This document shows, in pieces, positions 1 to 10,149 of a stretch of DNA of 39,287 nt. Where the stretch lies: positions 1 through 39,287 of the forward strand of contig NW_021835526.1 in assembly GCF_006345805.1 (NCBI RefSeq). Direction: 5' to 3'. Origin of the DNA: Octopus sinensis. Lineage: Eukaryota. How positions within the stretch are numbered: position 1 is the stretch's first letter; each line of letters begins with the position of its first letter. The notes below the pieces were generated by a model. That model did no database searches. It saw only the letters and a program-made list of their open reading frames with translations, and was not told where the DNA came from. The position numbers and the translations under genes are program-made.

Positions 1-293
1 CTAGCTAGCTAGCTACCTACCTACCTACCTACCTACTACCTACCTACCTACCTATCTATCTATCTATTCATATATCTATTTATCTATCTATCTATCTGCC
101 TATTTCCCTACCTACCTATCAAAACATGTATTTGTATATAACGAGATAGTTATATGTATTCACTCACGTACGCACGTACATTCATTCATACATGAATACA
201 TACATACATACATACATACATACATACATACATACATACATACATACATACATTCATACATACATATATACATACATATTTACATACATACAT
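1..293. repeat. Compound tetranucleotide microsatellites (CTAC/CTAT, then CATA)
   Basis: Direct reading of tandem units. Confidence 0.95.
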
Positions 294-572
294 AAAATTT
301 TGTAAGACCTTCCAGGAGTTTATCATTTAAATGTATATGAGCACGTCTAGATATGCAACTATGAGCATGAGAATACATACATAAAACATACAAATCTGCA
401 CATACATACATACATACATACATATATACATACATACATACATACATACATACATACATACATACAAACTTAAACACCCTGTCGTTGATGTTGAAATTCC
501 AATAAAGAAGCCTAGGATCTAGGTTCAAAACCAGTTCTCTATTGGCAGGAAATCTTGAAATAAACTGAATAA

Positions 573-573
<1 letters not shown>
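294..573 (+). mobile_element. 5'-truncated 3' end of an RLE (R4-clade-like) non-LTR retrotransposon, copy 1
   Basis: Homologous to 945-1184 (KI-KTF-FII ORF end, 3' UTR with internal CATA tract, ending GAATAAT); (TACA)n on both sides. Confidence 0.8.
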
Positions 574-603
<30 letters not shown>

Positions 604-624
604 CATACATACATACATACATAC

Positions 625-1184
625 AATGTATACACAATACACCTGATATAATGAGTTGCGATAGAGAAGAAAAACTGTGTACAATTGTGGAAATCAGCTG
701 CCTAGCGGATGTTAACATAAAGCGAAAGATCAGTGGAAAAGAGAATACCTGCGCTGAACTATTGAGAAATCTGCAGTTACTCTATCCAGATGACGAATTC
801 AGGTTTATACCTGTAATTGTTGGGGCATCGGTATATATAATACACTGTCTAAATTCTTATCTTGAGAAATTAGGCTTCTCAGAAACAGAAAGGAGAAAGC
901 TGATTCGATGACTGCACATTCAATCCATCACCGGAACTGTAAAAATCTCTAAAACTTTCCGGATGTTTATCATTTATGTATATATATGAGAATTTCTAGA
1001 TATGCAACTATATGCACGAAAATGCATACATAAAACAAAACATACAAAATCTGCATATATACATACATACATGCAAAAAATGCCCTGTTGATATTGCTGA
1101 AATTTCAATGAAGGAAGCTTAGATCTAGGTTAAAAACTGGCTCTTTCCCTTTCGATAATAAATCTTGAAATAGAACTGAATAAT
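625..1184 (+). mobile_element. 5'-truncated RLE (R4-clade-like) non-LTR retrotransposon, copy 2, restriction-like endonuclease C-terminus
   Basis: Reads HNTPDIMSCDREEKLCTIVEISC...FIPVIVGA...*LHIQSITGTVKISKTF; PD...E-x-S motif of RLE; in-frame stop at 909-911; flanked by (TACA)n. Confidence 0.85.
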
Positions 1185-1621
1185 GACATACATACATACA
1201 TACATACATACATACATACATGCATACATACATACATGCATACATACATACATACATACATACATACATAAACACACACATGCATAAACAAACACACACA
1301 ATCACGCACGCACGCACACACACACACATACATACACACGAGTTCATATGTAAGGGCAACAAAACAATATATACACATTTATACACTCTATACTTCACTA
1401 AATGCTGGTTTTGTTTTCGTTTCAGGTGTATCTGTTTACATGTAATAGAAATTGGCTGAAATGAAAGGAGAATTCCAGAGACAAAAATTCAATCTAATTA
1501 AACAAAAGTGGATATACGTTTTAATACGAGGCTACCTATGGTTTATATGTGACACTGAATCAAAATCAGTAACTGAGAATCCGCTTGTTATGGAGAGATA
1601 TTTTGTGAAATAAAATATTTC

Positions 1622-1800
1622 TTTACTACCCACAAGGGGCTAAACACAGAGGGGACAAACAAGGACAGACAAACGGATTATGTCGATTATATCGAAACCC
1701 AGTGCGTAACTGGTCCTTAATTTATCGACCCCGAAAGGATGAAAGGCAAAGTCGACCTCGGCGGAATTTGAGCTCAGAACGTACCGGCAGACCAAGTACC
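1622..1800 (-). mobile_element. tRNA-derived SINE with Meta/MESC-like central domain, head truncated
   Basis: Minus strand reads TCAAATTCCGCCGAGGTCGACTTTGCCTTTCATCCTTTCGGGGTCGATAAA; same family recurs at 1807, 13135, 18251, 33560, 33785. Confidence 0.85.
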
Positions 1801-1806
1801 TACTGC

Positions 1807-2030
1807 TTTACTACCCACAGGGGGCTAAACACAGAGAGGACAAACAAGGACAGACAAACGGATTAAGTCGATTACATCGACCCTAGTGCGTAACTGGTAC
1901 TTAATTTATCGACCCCGAAAGGATGAAAGGCAAAGTCGACCTCGACGGAATTTGAACTCAGAACGTAACGTCAGACGAAATACGGCTACCCGTTTCGCCC
2001 GGCGTGCTAACGTACCTGCCAGCTCGTGCC
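1807..2030 (-). mobile_element. tRNA-derived SINE (Meta/MESC-like), tandem with the previous copy
   Basis: Same consensus including B-box-like GAGTTCAAATTCC. Confidence 0.85.
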
Positions 2031-3311
2031 GTCTTTTTGGAATAATTACAGTCTGCAATGTGGCTTAACAAGATAGATCTTATTGCACAAAACCGCTATT
2101 CGTGCCGTATATTTGAAATTGCTGCAAGTGTTTGCTGCCAGCAAGATGGAGCTCTTTGCAAGAGCAAATGCAATCATGACGTTTAGCTTATCATGATGAA
2201 AATCACTGAGATTTTAATTCAGCGCAGTATTGGTATCAAGTACGCATTACTTTCACTAATTTTATTTTAATGATCTATTTCATGGGCACACTTTTTAACA
2301 AAAGACTCACCCAAACGATAGAAGAATACTTAAAACATCATGAAAAACTTACAGAAATTTATAGAATGTAATCGGGTATTTAAATATGGTTTAGTAAGTT
2401 TCTAATTCCTTTGCTCGCGTTTTCAGCCATGCCTTTGTAAGAACTGTGCCCCTTCAAACCGTTGAGGTCATGGGAAACACTTGCGAATGTGATTTTAATT
2501 TGAAATATAAACTTAAATATATTGCAGTAGTTATTCAATAATAAACTAGAGTAACTCTTTAAGTATTCCTTTGATAATATCAGGAAGTATGACATACGTA
2601 CAATCATTATAATTTAACTTTCATCAACTTTCTTTGTGTTTGTGAAAATTAATAAAATATATACTAATTTTCAAAAGTATTTATTCTCTTAAAATGAAAT
2701 GTAATAAAACAATTTTCTCATTTCTATAACCACTCTCTAATTTATTTCCTCTTTTCTTCCAATCCTCTGTCTCTATGATTCTTTTTTTTCTCACTGTGTA
2801 TGTAAACAGCCTTCCTTTACTCGTTGCCTGCCATCAAAACTAGTAAGCGCATTCATTCTGCACTTTAGATATAAACTCCATACCATTCATTTACTCTTTC
2901 TCCCTCACTCTATATGATGTAATGTGTGACTGGAGAAATCAACCAACGCAAAAACATTTATATATGTGATTAGTGTACAGAGATACTCAAAGTTCGAGTA
3001 ACAAAAATTAACAAAACTATCTAGTGAAAAGTACACACATCATCAAATTATATTACATACATACGTACACACGCTCATGCATCAATAATATATGGATCTC
3101 TCTCCCTCTCTCTCTTTCTCTCATTTTTGCGTGTAAAAAATATTTTTTGAAAACATTTATCTGAAAACATTTATGTGAAAACATAATACTGTATCAATAT
3201 TTTCTTATAACCATTTACCATTGATATATGAAAATTGAAATAACTATTGAGATATTTACCACCAATTTTGAAAAAAATGTTTTCTATTTATGTAAGTATG
3301 TGTGTGACTGA

Positions 3312-3346
<35 letters not shown>

Positions 3347-3607
3347 TGTGTGTGTTGTGTGTGTGTGTGTGTGTGTGTAAACTTACCTAGAGGAAATTCT
3401 AACATGGCAAATTTGAAAAATTCTTAGTTAATTGAAAAAAAAATTTAACAACTTAAATCGATTTTTGAACTTTATTGGGTTCAAATCACAGGTTTCGACA
3501 TCATTTACGTAATTGCAGGTAAATAAGTAACAAACCTATTTATGTACAATAAATCCAGTACCTTCAGAGAATTGAACCAACCATTTTGCATAGCATAAGC
3601 GTCTAAA

Positions 3608-3934
3608 GGGTGAAAACCATTTTGGGGGGATGAATGACTATGGGATTGCACCTAGAAAGTTCTGTTCCGAGGCACAAGTCCGGGCAAGGTTCTTTATGAA
3701 AGACTAGCAATCACCCATGCATACCAACCTCCCCTCTCCATGCGACCAATGTTATACAAGAGAAAGGCAAAGGCTGATACAGCTTGGCACCAGTGAGGTC
3801 GCAACTCATTTCTACAACTAAGTGAACTAGAGCAACGTGAAATAAAGTGTCTTGCACAAGAACACAAAACACAGCCCGGTCCAAGAATCGAACTCACTAC
3901 CTCATGATTGTAAGCTCGATGCTCCAACCACTGA
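3608..3934 (-). mobile_element. tRNA-derived SINE, left member of a head-to-head pair
   Basis: Minus strand starts CTCAGTGGTTGGAGC...GAGTTCGATTC (A/B boxes), followed by GTTCTTGTGCAAGACACTT. Confidence 0.85.
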
Positions 3935-4242
3935 GTTGGAGCATCCAACCTCCTGCGCCTTCAGTAGTGAGTTCGATTCCTGGACTGGGTTGTGCGCTAA
4001 GTTCTTGAGCAAGACACTTTATTCCACGTAGCTCCAGTTCACTCAGCTGTAGAAATGAGTTCCGACGTCACTAGTGCCAAGCTGTATCGGCCTTTGCCTT
4101 TCCCTTGAGTAATATCGGAGAAGGGAAGCTGGTATGCATGGGCGGCTGCTGATTTTCCATAAATAACCTTGCCCGGACTTGTGCCGCAGAGGGGAACTTT
4201 CTAGGGGCATTCCATAGTCATTCATGACCGAAGAGGGTTTAT
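3935..4242 (+). mobile_element. tRNA-derived SINE, same family, right member of the head-to-head pair
   Basis: GTTGGAGCATC...GAGTTCGATTCC...GAGCAAGACACTT...TAGTCATTCAT; reverse complement of 3608-3934 over most of its length. Confidence 0.85.
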
Positions 4243-4454
4243 AAGCGTTTAACATTTGAATTAATATCAATAGCCTGTCTACGGCTGTCTCAGTCTACAC
4301 AGTATTAATATATGTATGATACAATAAAAATAAAACTACATAGATTTACAAACATGGCAAACTTAACCATTTCTCCGTAAACTGAAAGTGTTGAACAACT
4401 TTAATTGAATGGGTTGTCATCAAAGGAGCCATGCATATATACGTATGTGTGCGT

Positions 4455-4616
4455 ATGAATGTGTTTGTTTCTCTCCTTGTTTTTTCTGTGTACCTTTCTG
4501 TAGAAGAGCGTAGGCTCGAAACGTAAAAGACTTTTTCTATTCCTGAGCGTTATACTAATACATCTGTTTGTTTTGTACACCACCTGTCTTCGTCTTTTGT
4601 TTTTTTCGTAAACTTT

Positions 4617-4620
<4 letters not shown>
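4455..4620 (+). mobile_element. Penelope-like element terminal-repeat (pLTR-type) fragment
   Basis: Carries the CTG..GAAGAGC...GCTCGAAACGT motif typical of PLE ends; non-coding. Confidence 0.6.
4494..4529 (+). ncRNA. Minimal hammerhead-ribozyme-like motif (core variant CUGUAGA)
   Basis: CTTT-CTGTAGA-A-GAGC(GTAG)GCTC-GAAA-CG-TA-AAAG: stem I CUUU/AAAG, stem II 4 bp, palindromic ACGU in place of stem III; A6 replaced by U. Confidence 0.5.
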
Positions 4621-4679
<59 letters not shown>

Positions 4680-5073
4680 GGATGATTGAAAGGTAACTTC
4701 TTATGTCAAAGTACAAATGATTTGTACCTACAATACTTATAAAATCATTTAATATACTTTATAGTATTTTATGGTCGCATAACGAAATACCACGTACCTA
4801 CACAAAGAAAATGTTTTCTGAGGCGAGAATGGGTCAGATGGGTCCTGATAAAGGGGCAACCCGGCACCACGCGAAATATGGCATATACACTCAATACCCA
4901 ATTTTTTCTTCGATTTTATTGTTTGTTTACATCTGACATTTCGATACGAAACATTGTAGCAAAAATCAGTCCTAGCTTTAATATCTGTAGAAATTATCTT
5001 AAGAAAATGTATTAAAATATTTTAAATCATTTATTGATTGTAATTTTTTTTACAAAACTGAACATGAGAGGAA

Positions 5074-5119
5074 AGCAATGGCTAGCTGCATGAAGGTTAA
5101 ATCACCTAGATTGGATGGT
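5074..5119 (+). mobile_element. 46-bp orphan fragment of the Tx1-like ORF2 at 8216-8261, inverted
   Basis: 44/46 identity to the reverse complement of 8216-8261. Confidence 0.85.
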
Positions 5120-5149
5120 TTGTGGTTTTATTAAAGAGTCGATATAGGC

Positions 5150-5463
5150 GTCAACTGATTTCGCCTTTCAATGTTTTACAAAATCTTTAGTTTGGTACAG
5201 TAGACTAGTTCTTTTAACCAACTCCGAAGAAAGAAGTCACAGGGTGTTAAGTCGGGACTCCTGACTGGCCTCTAATGAGGAACACGGTGACCCTTCCATC
5301 TCCCGGGAAGTGGGCATTTAGTCATTCACGATTGACAAGAGCAATACGATTACAGATTAAATTCTGATACCTCAAAACACAAACACAAGCAATTTGAGAA
5401 AAAAAATAAAATTAATAAATAATTCATAAGTATTTTAAAATATGGAGTTACATTTCACTTACC

Positions 5464-5470
<7 letters not shown>
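5150..5470 (-). mobile_element. Degenerate Tc1/mariner-superfamily transposon fragment
   Basis: Minus strand HFPGRWKG...RSPDLTPCDFFLRSWLKELVY matches the WPPRSPDLTPCDFFLWG motif; ends at a (TA)n tract. Confidence 0.7.
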
Positions 5471-5539
<69 letters not shown>

Positions 5540-5560
5540 TGTGTGTGTATAGTTAATCAA

Positions 5561-5760
5561 AACATGAAAACACAAAGAGAAAACACAACAACGCGAGGAC
5601 GTGGAACAAGTATAGTGTTATTGGACGCTCAGGAAAGAAGGAAAGAAGGAGGGTTTAACGTTTCGAGCGGAGCTCTTCGTCAGAAACATAGGGAAAGAAA
5701 AGATCCAAAGAAGGGAAGACGGAGGAACAAAAATCGCCATCGGTACACACGCGGTCACAT
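5561..5760 (-). mobile_element. Penelope-like element terminal-repeat fragment
   Basis: Contains CTGACGAAGAGCTCCGCTCGAAACGT on the minus strand; lies beside a (TA)n/(TG)n tract. Confidence 0.6.
5653..5687 (-). ncRNA. Minimal type I hammerhead-ribozyme motif, canonical core
   Basis: GTTT-CTGACGA-A-GAGC(TCC)GCTC-GAAA-CG-TT-AAAC: stem I GUUU/AAAC, intact CUGANGA and GAAA, palindromic ACGU, GUU site. Confidence 0.65.
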
Positions 5761-6376
5761 TTTGAATGTATATATATATATACAGATATTTATGGTAGTA
5801 GATATTTACGGTAGTAGAAAGGGCATTTAGTTCCTATTTCTAAAATCAGTGCGTGGCAAACCTATTATCTGACACCTTGATTATAATTATGTATATAATT
5901 ATTGAATATTTGTACCTAAAACGGTTATTTTTAACGTAGGGACAACTTGGTAGACTTATTAACGTCTAAAAATCTCCACTCAAGATCTGTATCAAATCTT
6001 CCCTCTCTGATGATGGAATACAACACTAGTATATAGAAAGCTTTCTTTGTTTCCTGAGAAATGCACCATATTAGCACCTATTCTGGAAACAGCATAATAA
6101 GCTATCTACGATTCACTATATTCTATTCTAACAACTCTGTTGAAATAATTCTGCAATTATGTAGATAGATATCAAGTCCATGCTCTAAACTGGTACTAAT
6201 TGTTGGCCGGAACTTTCTTTTTTTTTTTTCTTTCTTTCTTTCTTTCCTCTCTCCCTCTATTGTATGCGTATGTTTATTTGCGCGTACGTGTGTGTGTTTG
6301 TTGTTTGTCTGTGCATGTGTGTGTGTCTCAGTGTGTGTGTGTCTCAGTGTGTGTGTGTGTGTGTGTGTGAATATAT

Positions 6377-6420
<44 letters not shown>

Positions 6421-6439
6421 ATATTCATAATTGAGAAAT

Positions 6440-7113
6440 AAATGTGGGAGATGTTATACCCCGAATGGAAACTGCGTGGGCTTCATAGCAATACTTGAGT
6501 GTGTTTCTCTAGATGATAACGAAATCGATTTCCATTGCGGGAAACCTATCTCTGTCGTCACGAGTAATCCTGACTTCGCCTCTTTCTTGTCACCTTTTAC
6601 GTAAGTATGGCAGTAAGAACCAAAATTAGCCTTCACTTTCAAGAAGATCTCTCCTTTATTCCCTCGTCAAAAATAACTACCGTCTGCTGGTATCAGCTGT
6701 CATGAATACCTCCGTTGTAGCTTTCTTTGATTTTCTGGGTGCTGCTAGATATTCTGCAAGACACTGCACTCTGATATTGCCAGGCAACAGAATTCAATGC
6801 AGGATGAATTTAAGAGCTATCCTTTCAAAGAGGTCTCCTTAATCAAATTTGGCATTTGGTTTCCTTCACTTGGCAAAAGATGTGAAATCTGTCCTCCAAG
6901 AGCGAAGTCCAGCAACCGAGCTGATCGAAGCGATGTTACTGCCACCAAATACGGAATTGTGACTCTCCTCTTCAGGTATTCTGTCATTTCCCAGTTAGAA
7001 TTTGGGTGTCAAATGATACCGGATTTAACTCAACCATTTTTCTTTGGCTTGAAACATCTGCAGCTCCGCCCACTTCGCAGATTGGCAGTTTCTTTTAGAA
7101 ACTTGCCACGCTG
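6440..7113 (-). pseudogene. Highly degenerate probable Ty3/gypsy integrase fragment
   Basis: Collinear motifs across frames: ESHNSVFGG (H..GH-like), CWTSLLED..FCQ, LFERIAL, EIFLKVKANFGS (I.SDQG.NF.S-like), TT...PQ, RNTLK; many stops and frameshifts. Confidence 0.45.
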
Positions 7114-7116
7114 CCT

Positions 7117-7210
<94 letters not shown>

Positions 7211-7230
7211 GGATTGATAGATGGATAGAT
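7117..7230. repeat. (AGAT)n microsatellite
   Basis: Direct reading. Confidence 0.95.
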
Positions 7231-7524
7231 GCATATACATAAAGGTGTAATAAATGCAGACATATAGGTGAGCAAAGTTTCTTCTATATAAAATCATGCA
7301 AAAACATATTATTCAATTTAGAATCAAAAATTGGGGAACCAGTTCGTATTCTATATATAATTGTGTTTGAGTATCTCTTTCACTCTCTCCCCCCCTCTCT
7401 CGCCCTTTCGCCTAAAATTAGCTGCCAACCCACGAATTAACAGCTCATACACATGGTGTATGTGTGTTCGATTTTGTTTATATACCTGGAACAGCTTCTA
7501 ATTCATATTTGAATGCACACACAC

Positions 7525-7564
<40 letters not shown>

Positions 7565-7639
7565 TAACAAATGAAACATATGCATATATACATACATATA
7601 TGTACGTACCTACCTCTACATGTATATATACATGCGTAT

Positions 7640-7818
7640 ATGGGTACAGGACACAAAAAAAAAACATCGAACACAATGAGAAACGAAAACATAAACACAA
7701 AACCAAGGAACTGGACATTTTTCTTAAACAACGAAAAAATAGAGTACAGGACAAATAACACAAGGAAATTCACCTTCGAAACGCAGAGTAGATGAAACCA
7801 TGGCGACTGAAGAAGGGG

Positions 7819-7820
<2 letters not shown>
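7640..7820. mobile_element. Penelope-type repeat fragment with internal inversion
   Basis: AATTCACCTTC (~7767-7777) and GAAGGGGATT (~7812-7821) form an imperfect inverted pair; composition resembles other PLE ends. Confidence 0.35.
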
Positions 7821-7893
<73 letters not shown>

Positions 7894-7984
7894 GTTGATT
7901 ATATGGGTACCTTTTATTGGCATGTAAACTATTTGTGGGATGACGTCCGACTATTTGTGTGAAAATACGACAGTATATTTTACC

Positions 7985-8935
7985 TGACACTTTAGGTCTT
8001 ATAATAAACTTCAAAATTTTGAACTCTGCATTCAGCAGATTTATAGGCCTAAAGTTTTCAATACAATCCCCCATATTCAATTTTTTTCTCAGCAATACCG
8101 CCGCTTCTCCACTCACAAAACTGGGAATTCTCCAATTCTGTTGCCAGTTGCAGTCAAAGTTTGTTAAGGGGTCGTCGAACAAGTAAGGCATGTAAACGTA
8201 AAGCTCGTAAGGCAGACCATCCAATCTAGGTGATTTAGCCCTCATGCAGCTAGCCATTGCTTCTCATATTTCAAAGGTCGTTACCGGTCTTTCGCAGCGC
8301 TCCGACTCTGTTGCTGAGAGCCGCAGCAGCCAGTCGTGAAAGGATGTGAAATCCATTCTGCTATTCAGCTCACCGCTGCTCCCGAACAGTTGAGCGAAAT
8401 GCCGCCGAAAGGCTACACACATCTGTATAGGATAAGTTGTCATTTGCTCGTCGTGGTCCGGCAAGGATTGCCACGCCTTACCTCTGCCACCCGGACCCAT
8501 TGGACGGTTTTCGTCCCTTCATGTCTAAGTGCTCGTGCCTTTGCTCTGACAACGCAACCTTTGTGTTTCACGTTGAAGAATTGGTCGAGTGCTAATCTTG
8601 CTGCGAGCACGTTGGTCGCGATGTCTTTTCTAAAAGCCTCGTCTTACTTCTTGACTAGTTCTGCCTCTACTCTGTTTCTTTCTAATACTAGTCCTTTGCT
8701 AAACCTTATCGATTCTATTCTCATCGCCCTTTCCAGGGAGAACATCCATTTATTGTTGATTATTGTTCCCCGTCAACGCCCAACTAACCAGTTCTCTAAT
8801 CAGATCACTGAAATATTTACGCATCGGCAACGACGTGTTCAGTTTTCAGTAACAGGGTCCCTGTCCATGGAGACTAAGTCGACTGTACGAATTTTTGGAC
8901 TGTATAGTCGACTACTTTAAACTGTGGACGACCTG
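7985..8935 (-). pseudogene. Tx1/L1-clade LINE ORF2 remnant (APE C-terminus, linker, start of RT)
   Basis: PQFKVVDYT..., QGP.Y*KLNTSL (WKLN motif), KSPRLDGLPYELY, NFRPINLLNAEFKILK; RT homology stops at ~7985. Confidence 0.85.
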
Positions 8936-8939
8936 GTTT

Positions 8940-10130
8940 TCTAAGTATGGGTATGTTGTTTGTGTTGTTTGAATGGTTTGTATATATGCAGTTAGGGAGA
9001 TTTTGGGTGTGACAAAATATTCTGGTGTAATGTTTGTGCGTGTTATCATGTACTTCATCAATTCATTTTTTGTGTTTATTCCTATGTAGTTTATTGTGCT
9101 AGTCTCTTTAATTTGTGCTTGTAGTTGTTGCTGTTGTTGTTGTGGTTGTGTTTGTGCTTGTGATGGCTGTTGATATGGTTGTGTGTGTGATGGCTTGTGT
9201 TTCAGGTGTTGGATATAGTGGTGTCGATGCTGTGTTTGTTTTGAGTGTATTTGTTTTGAGTGTATTTGTTTTGAGTGTATTTGTTTTGATTGGTTTGACT
9301 TTTTCCTCTCTACTTGTGTGGATGAGGATTGTTGTTGTTTGTCAGTATCTTTGTTTTTTTGGGTTTTTTTTTTTTAGTTTTCAACTTCATCTCCTCATCG
9401 CAGTCCGACTCTCTACCTCTGATGTCCGCCCGCTCAGCATCGGGAAGAGAAACATTTTCGAGCGCTGAGAAGTGTTTGGGGGAATCTCGGTGTCGGTATG
9501 GTTGTCGGTGTTGGTGCTGCTACGGCTGAATCTATTGCTGGTGATAATGCTACTGTTGTTGTCGATCGAATTCTAGTGGTCATTGTAGGTGTAGGGAGGT
9601 GTGTTCGTCTCTATTTTTCCTTCAGTCTGGGGCAGAAGTCTTTTAAATGATTAGTTGAAATGCAAATGTAGCACTTTGCCTTTGTTTCATCTGCTCTGAC
9701 TGGAATTATGCTGCCTCCATGAAGAAGGATCCACATTCCTTTTGGATCGTTTGAATGATGAGTTCTATCGTCATCCCGGGCCAGTTCACCTTATTGGTCT
9801 GATACGCTTCGAGGATTTTCGAGTTTTCCTCAATGCCTATCGTTATCCGCAGTAATTGACCAAAGAATGGCTATTTCTTGCAGCACCTGTTGAATGATGA
9901 TTTTGGACAGTCTCTGGCTGAAGTAGAAAGTAACCGACAACAGCTCCTCACTTTTGAGGGCATTCAGAGAGCGATATTTTGCTTCCTCTTCTGTGCGGAA
10001 TCTAACCTTCACCATTCCATAGCCTCTTCCTCTCTGTATATTCCTGTATTTTCCAGACGGAACCTAAAGCTTATTGTATTTGAACCTCTGTGTTTCTTTC
10101 TACCTTCCTTGATTTTAATCTGATTGTACG
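8940..10130 (-). pseudogene. Tx1/L1-clade LINE ORF1 remnant with zinc knuckle
   Basis: VKVRFRTEEEAK (RRM-like), CYICISTNHLKDFC = CX2CX4HX4C at 9632-9673, T/N-rich tail with a 15-bp tandem repeat (KTNTL)x3-4 at ~9230-9290. Confidence 0.8.
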
Positions 10131-10149
10131 GTACTAGGTATCCTCGTAA

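Noticed and set aside
1410-1615. Strong plus-strand acceptor (TTTCAG) with a later AATAAA
   Set aside because: All three frames stop within about 45 nt and there is no matching upstream exon.
2380-2607. 75-aa minus-strand ORF of normal composition
   Set aside because: No recognisable motif and no convincing splice sites.
6797-7120. 107-aa plus-strand ORF
   Set aside because: No recognisable domain; better explained as the antisense of a decayed integrase.
7775-7820. GAAA...CTGAAGA arrangement resembling a type II hammerhead
   Set aside because: The only good pairing consumes core G8/A9, and there is no stem I or NUH site.
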